This document shows, piece by piece, positions 42,358-50,888 of a DNA stretch of 64,000 bases; the first letter of the stretch is position 1; every line of letters starts with the position of its first letter. The translations under genes were made by a program, and so were the position numbers. The DNA is from an uncultured Planctomycetota bacterium (GTDB taxonomy: Bacteria > Planctomycetota > Planctomycetia > Gemmatales > Gemmataceae): contig CAWKHF010000012.1 in NCBI GenBank assembly GCA_963849325.1, positions 160,001-224,000 on the forward strand. Reading direction: 5' to 3'. The notes below the pieces were generated by a model that was given only the letters and a program-made list of their open reading frames with translations, did no database searches and had not been told where the DNA came from.

Positions 42358-43975
42358 ATGTACCCGCCGATCCGACCCCACCGCTGCGCCGCCTGACCTA
42401 CACGCTGCTGATCGCCGTGGCCGCGGCAATGGCCGTCGGACGCATCTTCTCGACGGAGTTGGTCTACGAGCCAACCCTGTCGGAGGATTGGCCGCGCGAT
42501 CCGGGACACCCGCGCCGCGCCTGGCCAGCCGCGGCGCCGCGCGCCATGCCCACGTTCAGTTCCAACGACCGCTCGCGCTGGGCCGCCGTCCGCGCCCTGG
42601 TGGACGAGGGAACGTGGATCGTCGGCCGCCGCGACAAGGAGGTTGTCCTCACCAGCGCCCCCACCGCCCTGGCCGCCGGCGACGCCTTGCAATTGGCCGT
42701 GTTGCTGGAAGTCGGTTACGACCGGCGAATCAAGAGCGATACCGGCATCATCTTCGAGGACGGCTGGCAGAGCGTGGACAAGATGCTCGATCCCTCGACC
42801 CTCGAATACTACTCCACCAAGCCGCCGCTGTTGACGTTCCTCGTCGCCTGCGAGTACGGACTGCTGAAGAAGATGTTCGGCTGGTCGCTCGGCGGGATGA
42901 CGGGGGAGCTCCGAACGACCGCTTTTCCGTGGTGCGTGTCTGTCTGCTCACGTTCAACGTGCTGCCGTTCGTGGTTGCCCTGTGGTTGTTTGGCCGGTTG
43001 GCGGAGCGTTTCGGAACGACGGACTGGGGCCGCCTCTTCGTCGTCGCCGCCGCGTGCTTCGGCACGCTGGTGACACCGTTCCTCATCACGCTCAACAACC
43101 ACACCCTCGCCACGTGCAGCCTCGTCGTCGCCGTGTACGCCGCGGTGCGCATCCTGGAGTCAAGCGAGAGCAATTGGAGATGGTTCGTCATCGCCGGTTT
43201 CTTCGCGGGGTTCACGGCGGTCAACGAGTTGCCGGCCGCCGCCTTCGCCGTCGGTCTGGGACTGCTTCTGCTGCGGCGCTCCGCCGGACGGACGCTGCTG
43301 GCGTTCGCCCCTGCCGCGCTCGTGCCTGTGGTGGCGCTCTTGGCCCTCAACTACGCGGAGTTGGGCGAATTCAACGTCGGCTACAGCAAATTCGGCGGCC
43401 CGTGGTACGAATACGAGGGCAGCCACTGGCGCAACCTGCCCGATCGGTCCAAGCGTGGCATCGATTGGGCGAAGAACCAGGAAGGCAAGGGCGCCTATGC
43501 GTTCCATCTGCTGCTGGGCCATCACGGCTGGTTCTCGCTGACGCCGATTTATCTGCTGGGCCTGGGAGGGATGGCCTGGGGCGTGCGGAGTCTTCTGCGG
43601 AGCGGGGAGCGTAAGCCCCCTGAGACGTACACAACTCAGGGGGCTTACGCCCCCCGCTCCGCAGGAAGAATTCGCGCCGAACTGGCCGTCTCGACTTTGT
43701 TGCTTTCGCTCGTCGTGATGGGATACTACATTTTCAAAAGCGACAACTACGGCGGTTGGACGAACGGGCCGCGCTGGCTGATGTGGTTGTCGCCGCTGTG
43801 GCTGCTGACCCTGCTGCCTGTCGTCGATCGGCTCGGACAACGGCGCTGGGGCCGGGCGTTGTGCGTCTTTCTGCTGGCGGTGTCGGTGCTGTCGGCCCAT
43901 TACTGGGACTGGAACCCCTGGCGGCATCCGTGGATCTATAATTTCATGGATGCACGCGGATGGATACCGTACTGA
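42354..43975 (+). CDS. Polytopic membrane protein, putative GT-C glycosyltransferase (frameshift near 42905)
   Basis: [33 protein letters not shown]; many TM segments; ATGA overlap with the GT2 gene. Confidence 0.6.
43595..43664. repeat. Family A palindrome in-frame inside the GT-C-like gene
   Basis: CTGCGGAGCGGGGAGCGTAAGCCCCCTGAG...CTCAGGGGGCTTACGCCCCCCGCTCCGCAG. Confidence 0.9.
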
Positions 43976-44008
43976 GCGAACGTCCTCCGTCTTCAATCGC
44001 GAGAGACC

Positions 44009-45217
44009 ATGTCCGTAAACGAACCCTTCTCCGAGCCGCCCAACTCGGGACCGCCCCCGGCCGACGAGTCGATCGCGCCCCCGCCGCCGGAGGGCGAACG
44101 TCCCACCGTACCCTCGGAGTGGCAGACGGAACTCGGCCTACCGTCGCGCTCTCTCCGCCAAATGCCGCGCTGGCCGCACCCCAATTACGGTTGGTCGTGG
44201 CTGTGGTGCTTGTTGTTCCTCTTCGTCACGCAGATACCTGGTGCCCTCGTCGCCGCCGCGATCGTGGTCGTGCTGGCCCTGGTCTCACCGGAACAGTTCC
44301 CGCAAGGGGCGCTGAGCGACCAGGCCGTCCTGCTCAAATCCAAGCCGATGGGCATGGCCCTGGCCGTGGCGTTTTTCATCACCGAGGTGTTGGTCATCGG
44401 CTTCTCGCTGCTCGTCATCCGCCTCGTCGTCGGCCGGGACTGGCCGCGACAACTCGCCGTCCGCCGTCCCAGCGCGGCCCACACCCTGTTGGCCCTGGCC
44501 AGCTTTCCAGCCCTGGTGCTGCTGGGCAATGTGGCCTACGACGTACTGCGAAACGTCCTGCACGTGCCGAGCCTTTCAGACTTTGGGGTGAGCGGCATGG
44601 AAGAGATGGTCGAAATCTTCTCGAAGTGGCCGTGGGCGTTCGCCGTCCTGGTGATCGGCCTAGGTCCGGGCATCGGCGAGGAGTTGTGGTGCCGTGGTTT
44701 TCTCGGCCGCGGACTGGTCGGCAACTACGGCGCGGTGCTGGGCGTCCTCGCCAGCTCGTTCTTCTTCGGACTCATCCACGTCGATCCGTGCCAGGGGACG
44801 ATGGCGATGCTCATGGGGCTGTGGTTGCACTTCGTCTATTTGACGACGCGGTCGCTGTGGCTGCCGATGCTGCTGCACTTCCTCAACAACTCGCTCGCCG
44901 TCGTCGCGCGGCGCATCCCGTATCTGGAGTTGGTCGATGCCAAGCCGGACGAAATTCCCATACTCATCTATGTGACGGCGGGTTTGTTGCTGGGCCTGGT
45001 GGCGTACGCCCTCTACCAGAGCCGAGCGCGGCTGGAGGCGGAGGTGCCGCAGCAGTTCCTCTTCTGGCGTCCGCCCTATGAAGGGGTCGAATACCCGCCG
45101 CCCGGCTGTGGGACGCGCGTCGTTCATCCGCTGCCGTCGCTGCCGTCGCTGGCCCTGGTCGGCGGAGGCTTCGGTCTGTTCGTGGCCGCCTGCGTCGCCT
45201 GGGTCCGTGCCGGCTGA
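44009..45217 (+). CDS. CPBP (Abi/Rce1-like) intramembrane glutamic protease
   Basis: GEELWCRG (EExxxR), FFGLIH (FxxxH), LLHFLNN (HxxxN). Confidence 0.9.
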   Translation: MSVNEPFSEPPNSGPPPADESIAPPPPEGERPTVPSEWQTELGLPSRSLRQMPRWPHPNYGWSWLWCLLFLFVTQIPGALVAAAIVVVLALVSPEQFPQGALSDQAVLLKSKPMGMALAVAFFITEVLVIGFSLLVIRLVVGRDWPRQLAVRRPSAAHTLLALASFPALVLLGNVAYDVLRNVLHVPSLSDFGVSGMEEMVEIFSKWPWAFAVLVIGLGPGIGEELWCRGFLGRGLVGNYGAVLGVLASSFFFGLIHVDPCQGTMAMLMGLWLHFVYLTTRSLWLPMLLHFLNNSLAVVARRIPYLELVDAKPDEIPILIYVTAGLLLGLVAYALYQSRARLEAEVPQQFLFWRPPYEGVEYPPPGCGTRVVHPLPSLPSLALVGGGFGLFVAACVAWVRAG

Positions 45218-45257
45218 TGGATTTTGACCTGCCCCGTATTCCCCCGAGGAGAACATC

Positions 45258-46265
45258 ATGCTTCGTTCGACGTTCGCTCTCCTGCTCGCCCTTCTGGCTC
45301 CGCTGTCGGTGCGCGGCGACGACAAGCCGCCGCTCAAGGCCGGCATCATCGGCCTGGACACCTCGCACGTGGTCGCTTTCACGCAGACGCTGAACAATCC
45401 CAAGGCCAAGGGGCCGCTGTCCCGCGTGCGTGTGGTGGCCGCCTACCCCGGCGGCAGTCCCGACATCCCCGAAAGCAAGAATCGCATCGACGGATTCACG
45501 AAAACGCTCCGCGACAAGTACCAGGTGGAGATCGTCGATTCCATCGACGCCTTGCTGAAGAAGGTGGACGTGGTGTTTTTGGAGAGCGTCGATGGCCGGC
45601 CGCACCTCGAACAGGTCCGGCCGGTTTTCCGAGCGAAAAAGCCGGTCTTCATCGACAAGCCGGTGGCCGGCTCGCTGGCCGATGCCGTCGAAATATACCG
45701 GCTGGCGAAGGAGACGGGCACGCCCTGCTTCTCCAGTTCGTCGCTGCGTTTCAGTCCCGGCATCTTCTCGATCCGCGACGATCCCAAGTTCGGCGGCGTC
45801 CTCGGCTGCGACGCCTACGGCCCATGCAGCCTGGAGTCGCACCACCCCGACCTGTTTTGGTACGGCATCCACGGCGTTGAGACGCTGTTCACCATCATGG
45901 GACCGGGCTGCGTGTCGGTGACGCGCGTGCAGAGCAAGGACGCGGAGTTCGTGACGGGCACCTGGAAGGACGGCCGGGTCGGCACGTTCCGCGGCATCCG
46001 CAAGGGTGCGTCCGGTTACGGGGCGATGGTGTTCGGCGCCAAGGCCATTGGGTCGAGCGGCAAGTACGGCGGCTATGAGCCGTTGGTGACGGAGATTTGC
46101 AAGTTCTTCGGCGGCGACAAACCGCCGGTGACGGCCGAGGAAACGCTGGAGATTTACGCCTTCATGGAAGCGGCCGACGAGAGCAAGCGGCAAGGCGGCA
46201 AGCCGGTGACGCTGGCGAGCGTCCTGGCCCGCGCCCGCGACAAAGGCGAGGCCAAATCCCACTAG
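45258..46265 (+). CDS. Gfo/Idh/MocA family oxidoreductase with signal peptide
   Basis: GIIGLDTSH, VFIDKPVA, SSSSLRF, WYGIHGVE. Confidence 0.88.
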   Translation: MLRSTFALLLALLAPLSVRGDDKPPLKAGIIGLDTSHVVAFTQTLNNPKAKGPLSRVRVVAAYPGGSPDIPESKNRIDGFTKTLRDKYQVEIVDSIDALLKKVDVVFLESVDGRPHLEQVRPVFRAKKPVFIDKPVAGSLADAVEIYRLAKETGTPCFSSSSLRFSPGIFSIRDDPKFGGVLGCDAYGPCSLESHHPDLFWYGIHGVETLFTIMGPGCVSVTRVQSKDAEFVTGTWKDGRVGTFRGIRKGASGYGAMVFGAKAIGSSGKYGGYEPLVTEICKFFGGDKPPVTAEETLEIYAFMEAADESKRQGGKPVTLASVLARARDKGEAKSH

Positions 46266-46279
46266 CTGCCGGTCAGATG

Positions 46280-46315
46280 AAAAACGAACCGGGCCGGGGC
46301 AACGGCCCCGGCCCG
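46280..46315 (-). terminator. Probable intrinsic terminator
   Basis: 11-bp GC stem CGGGCCGGGGC/GCCCCGGCCCG followed by a U-rich tract on the minus strand, between convergent genes. Confidence 0.55.
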
Positions 46316-46341
46316 ACTCTCATTCGCTGACAAGAGCGAGT

Positions 46342-47997
46342 TCATTCATCGCTCTTATGCACGTGTACCGCAACGACCTTCTTGTTGTCAAAGATGGATA
46401 GCTGCAAGCTGACGATGCTTCCGGCCGGGATATCGGCCGCCTTGCCGCCGTCGGCCTTGACGCCCTTGGCCAACTCGAAGGTTCGGTCCTCGACCGCCGC
46501 ATTTTCCTTGACGGTGACGGTGAGGGTGTTGGTGCCGGCGTCCACGCCCTTGAGCGTGCCGTGGACGGTCGGGCCGCGAGCGAGAACGCCGACGGCGATC
46601 TTGCGGTCATAGCCGGACAGGTGGACGACGATCGGCGTACCCTCGGCGAGATCGGCGAGCTTGCCCTCCTTGGCTCCACTCTTGACCAGGCCGTCGTCCA
46701 GCAGCACTTTAGCCCCCTTCGCCAGCTCCACCGTTTTCTCGGCCGGGCCATCCTTGGTCTTGGTCACGAGAGTGAGGACGTTCTTCTCCCCGTCCACGGC
46801 CTTGACCGCGCCGTGCAGGCTGCCGCCGTGGACCTCGACGCGGAGGACCGTCTTCTCGTCCGGAGATAGTTGCAAGAAGACGGACGTGCCCTCCGCCAGG
46901 TCCGCCGGCGCACCGTCCTTCGTCTCCTTCACGAGTCCATGCACCAGCACGATCTTGACGTTCCTGGCCAAGCCGAACGTCCTTTCGGCGCGCTCCTTCT
47001 TGCCCTTCTCGATCTGCACCAAGGCGGTGAGGGTTTGCTTGCCGGCGTCCACGGACTGCACGGTGGCCGGGATGGTCGGACCGACTTCCGGCTTCGGCTT
47101 GTCGGCGGTCCCGGCCGTTGTCGCCTTCGCGGCGACGGCCGGCTTTTCGGCCAGCGCGTGCCGGCCGAGCAAGCCCGCGCCCAGTCCCGTGATGGTAAAG
47201 GAGAACAAGACGAACGTGACGATCTTGAGTCTGGCGAGGAACATGGTTTGGAGGACTCCTTGAGTCAGGGCGGCGACCGGGGCCGCAATCATGTCGGCGG
47301 GCCCGAGCGCCGCTTGAACGGTTGAGAGAATCAGCGCGGCCGGTGCCGCCGCCTGGTGCGACAGCGCCGCAGTCAGTGCGCCGGCGGGCGCGACCAGGCA
47401 GCGACCCGTCAGGCGCCGTGCCAACATCTGCCGTGCGCGGGCCAACCGGCTCGAAAGAGTACCTTCGGGCAGATGCAGCTGCCGGGCCGCCTGGCGTCGG
47501 CCCTTGCCTTGCAATTCGCACAGCACCAGCGGCACGCGGTATTTTTCCGGCAGACGCCGGATGGCATCGTCGAGCCGGGCTGCCAACTCGGCCTGCTCGT
47601 CGTCGGGCCGAGGTTGAGTCAGGAGGGGTTCGTTCAGGGGCCTCTCCCGCTGGCGCCGGCGGGCGGCGAACGCTTTCGCCTTGAGGGCCGTGCGGCAAGC
47701 GACGCCGTAGAGCCAGGGGCCAACTCGTTCGCGCGGCGACACCGACGACGCCTTGCGGGCCAGGACCAGGAAGGTTGCCTGGAAAGCGTCCTCGGCGTCC
47801 TGGCTGTGCCGCAGCACGCGCCGGCATACACCCAGTACCATCGGCCCGTGTCGCCGCACCAGTGCCTCGAACGCCGCCTCCTCGCGGCGGGCCAGGAAGC
47901 AGTCGAGCAATTGCCCGTCGCTCAGCCCCTCCACGTCCCGACGGAGGACGGCCCGCCGCAGGTGCCGGACCACGGTGCTCATCGCGCTACTGCCCAT
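46342..47997 (-). CDS. ECF sigma factor with TM helix and C-terminal extracytoplasmic repeat domain
   Basis: SDGQLLDCF, RHGPMVLGVCRR, DAEDAFQATFLVL, LPEKYRVPLVLC, GTLSSRLARAR; TM segment; three VxxVDxxxxxLT repeats. Confidence 0.92.
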   Translation of the reverse strand: MGSSAMSTVVRHLRRAVLRRDVEGLSDGQLLDCFLARREEAAFEALVRRHGPMVLGVCRRVLRHSQDAEDAFQATFLVLARKASSVSPRERVGPWLYGVACRTALKAKAFAARRRQRERPLNEPLLTQPRPDDEQAELAARLDDAIRRLPEKYRVPLVLCELQGKGRRQAARQLHLPEGTLSSRLARARQMLARRLTGRCLVAPAGALTAALSHQAAAPAALILSTVQAALGPADMIAAPVAALTQGVLQTMFLARLKIVTFVLFSFTITGLGAGLLGRHALAEKPAVAAKATTAGTADKPKPEVGPTIPATVQSVDAGKQTLTALVQIEKGKKERAERTFGLARNVKIVLVHGLVKETKDGAPADLAEGTSVFLQLSPDEKTVLRVEVHGGSLHGAVKAVDGEKNVLTLVTKTKDGPAEKTVELAKGAKVLLDDGLVKSGAKEGKLADLAEGTPIVVHLSGYDRKIAVGVLARGPTVHGTLKGVDAGTNTLTVTVKENAAVEDRTFELAKGVKADGGKAADIPAGSIVSLQLSIFDNKKVVAVHVHKSDE

Positions 47998-48091
47998 GAT
48001 GGTTGTCCCCGGATAGCTCGTCGCCCCGCCACTGTATATTGCCGGCGAGGTGGCCGGCGCGTCCCATTTTTTCCAACTTTCCACCGCGGCG

Positions 48092-48957
48092 TTACGGGTC
48101 CTCCAATCGACCGCGCAACTTCAGCACCTCGTCCAGTCCCAGCACCTGCTTGACCTCGGCGAAGGTCATCATCTCACTCGCGGGCAGATCGGCCCGGCCG
48201 CGATTGAGCAGGGATTGGATGAGGCGCTGGATGGCCTTGCCGGCCACGAGCAGCGTCTCGATGGGACAGACGACGATCTTGTAGCCGAGCCGCTCCAATT
48301 CCTCGACGGTCAAAATCGGCGTGACGCCGCCGCTGAGCATGTTGACCAGCAGCGGGCGATGGACCTCGCGCGGAATGCGTTCCAGCTCCGGCCGGCCCTC
48401 GGGCGCCTCGATGAAACAGACGTCGGCGCCGGCCTCGGCGTAGCGGTTGGCCCGCTCGATGGCGCCGCCGACGCCCTCGACGGCCCGTGCGTCGGTGCGG
48501 GCGATGAGCACGAAATCGGCGTCGCGGCGAGCGTCCAGCGCCGCGCGCAGTTTCAGGACCATCTCGGCGGCGGGGATGATCTGTTTGCCTTGGAAGTGGC
48601 CGCAGCGCTTGGGGGTTACCTGGTCTTCGAGCAGGACGCCGGCCGCCCCGCGCGCTCGAACTCGCGCACGGTGCGGACGACGTTGTGCAAATCGCCGTGG
48701 CCAGTGTCGCCGTCGGCCACCACGGGAATGTTCACGGCTTGCGCCATGCGCCGCACGGCGTCGGCCATCTCGCTCAGCGTGATGAATCCCACGTCCGGCA
48801 GGCCGAGCAGACTGGCCGACGTGCCAAATCCGCCCAGAAACACCGTCTCCAGCCCGGCCGCCTCGATCAGCCGGGCAGTGAAGACATCGTGAGCGCCCAG
48901 GCTGCGAATGATGCCGGGCCGGTTCAACAGTTCTCGAAAACGGCGCGTGGCGTGCAT
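48092..48957 (-). CDS. Isocitrate lyase/PEP mutase family protein (PrpB-like), frameshift near 48645
   Basis: GLPDVG, ADGDTGHG, EDQVTPKRCGH, LIARTDA. Confidence 0.9.
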
Positions 48958-49098
48958 CGGCGATTCCTCTCCGCGTGATCGATTCGGGCGGACGGCATGG
49001 CTGCCGCCATCCTGTCGGGGTGGAATCGGTTTGTCAATCGTCTGCCGCGAGCGGATCGCCGCGTTGCGAGGCTCGAACTTATTGCCGACATTTTCCTC

Positions 49099-49127
49099 TT
49101 GCAATACATAGAACTGCAATGTATTAT
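49099..49127 (+). promoter_or_regulatory. Sigma-70 promoter TTGCAA-N17-TATTAT with overlapping inverted repeat TACAT-N9-ATGTA
   Basis: Seen directly, 7 nt upstream of the PadR ATG. Confidence 0.7.
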
Positions 49128-49134
49128 CGCCTAT

Positions 49135-49470
49135 ATGAAGATCGCAAAAGATTTGATTGCGGCTTCGGCCGTTCCGTTGGTCCTCTCCATCCTGGAGGAT
49201 GGAGAAAGCTACGGCTATGCCATCCTCCAACGGGTGCGTGCCCTTTCCGACGGCGACATGGAATGGACGGACGGCATGCTCTATCCCGTCCTGCATCGCC
49301 TGGAGGCTCAGGGCTACATCCGCGGCCGCTGGAGCGAATCCGAAACGGGACGCAAGCGGAAGTATTACGCGCTGCGGGCCGACGGACGGAAAGCGCTCGT
49401 CGAGCAGAAAGAACAATGGCAGGTCGTCCTGGCGACCTTGAACCGACTGTGGGGGGCGCAACATGCCTGA
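49135..49470 (+). CDS. PadR family transcriptional regulator
   Basis: ESYGYAI, GMLYPVLHRLEAQG, RKRKYY. Confidence 0.93.
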   Translation: MKIAKDLIAASAVPLVLSILEDGESYGYAILQRVRALSDGDMEWTDGMLYPVLHRLEAQGYIRGRWSESETGRKRKYYALRADGRKALVEQKEQWQVVLATLNRLWGAQHA

Positions 49471-50307
49471 ACGGGAACAGCTCATCGCACAGTGGCGGCG
49501 CGGCCTGGCGGAAACGACCGGCTGCGGCAGTGAGATCCTCGACGAGCTGGAGGGCCATCTCCGCGACGAGATTCAGCATCTCGTTGCGCGGGGCACACGG
49601 AGGAGCAGGCGATGGCCCTCGCCGCGGCGCGGCTGGGCAGCCCGCCGGCACTGGCGGCGGAGTTCGCCAAGGTCGCCGAGCCGGTCTCCTGGCTGCCGGT
49701 GCGCGTCCTTGGCATCGGCTTCGGCGCTGTCGTTCTCGCCGCGCTGTTTCTCGGCTACTCGTTCGCGCGCGGTCAGGACGGCCGACTGAGACTTCTGCTG
49801 GCCGCGCACGTCTGTACCGTCCTGTTGGGATACAGTGCGTCCTTCTTCGTCGGCGCTCTCGCCGTCTGTTACGTGTTCACGAAGCCGTTCCGCGATCTGA
49901 GCGCCGGCCAGATGCAATCCGTGCGGCGTGCGGCCTTCACGCTGACGGGCATGGCGCTGGGGTTGACTCTCGTGGGTGTCCTGCTGGGCGCCGTCTGGGC
50001 GAAGGATCATCTCGGTCGTTACTGGAGCTGGGCTCCGCAGGAGATAGGAGGGGCGTGTGTGTTGGCCTGGGATGCGGTGATGCTGTCGCTGCTCTGGCTT
50101 CACCCCGCCTCCGAGCGCCTGGCAATCCGGCTCGGCCTGCTGGGCAACATGGTGGTCGGTTTCGCCTGGTTTGCCGGTTCCTGGACACAAAAATCGTACG
50201 GCGTTCCGCCCGTCTTTCGGTTGCTGCTGTTGTTCGCTGTGGTCCAACTCGTTTTGTTCGCCGCGGGCTTTCTCCCGGTCGGGCGGTTGCGCCATCGTGG
50301 GACGTAA
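49463..50307 (+). CDS. Permease-prefix-domain protein fused to a CcsA/ResC-like membrane domain (frameshift near 49595)
   Basis: ILDELEGHLRDEI...ARLGSPPALAAEF; AHVCTVLLGY; GAVWAKDHLGRYWSWAPQE. Confidence 0.7.
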
Positions 50308-50345
50308 GGGACATTCCGGACTTCTTGAACCGTAATCGTTGACTC

Positions 50346-50414
50346 TCCGAGCCTGAAGCGTAAGCGAAGGAGTGGCAACCGAAGGTTGCTCTTCGCTCAC
50401 GCTTCAGGCTCGGA
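50346..50414. repeat. REP-like palindrome, family B
   Basis: Same arms as 24694-24765. Confidence 0.9.
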
Positions 50415-50467
50415 TCACTTTGTTTCGACACGGCAGTTAGGTCAGCGCTTCGTATTCGGGAAGCGGA

Positions 50468-50794
50468 TCACGAATCCTCCGCTTTGCGTCCCTGTTCTCG
50501 CGCTTTCCAGCACGCTTCCTGAAGTCGCTCAATCGCCAACTGGCGTTCCTCATCTTCCTGACGCATGCTGGCAATGTCGGCGTCGATCTCCTCTTTGCTC
50601 CGCGGAACGAAGCCGCGGGCGCGCTGTTCCGCATGGATGCGTTCGAGTACCTGCCAGATGTCCGTCTGCGTGATATCGAGTACCGATTGCACGGTCACAC
50701 GCACTCGCCCTGGCGGCAGATTCGGTTTCTCGTCGAGGACCAACGTCCCATCGGCTTGCAAGGTGCCCTGGACCTCAACAATGGGGATGGTCAT
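50468..50794 (-). CDS. Small hypothetical protein, antitoxin-like
   Basis: VQGTLQADGTLVLDEKPNLPPGRVRV beta-hairpin N-terminus, RSKEEIDA; GGAGG RBS. Confidence 0.65.
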   Translation of the reverse strand: MTIPIVEVQGTLQADGTLVLDEKPNLPPGRVRVTVQSVLDITQTDIWQVLERIHAEQRARGFVPRSKEEIDADIASMRQEDEERQLAIERLQEACWKAREQGRKAEDS

Positions 50795-50888
50795 GTTAAC
50801 CTCCACTCTTCGGCGCCAGATGAAGGATCGATGGTTGTATCGTATCCCGGATGCCGGCTCCAGGAGAAGGGGTTCGTCGGATTGCGTG

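Noticed and set aside
44009-45217. Abortive-infection defence gene
   Set aside because: The 'Abi' label for CPBP proteases is historical, and there is no defence-island context here.
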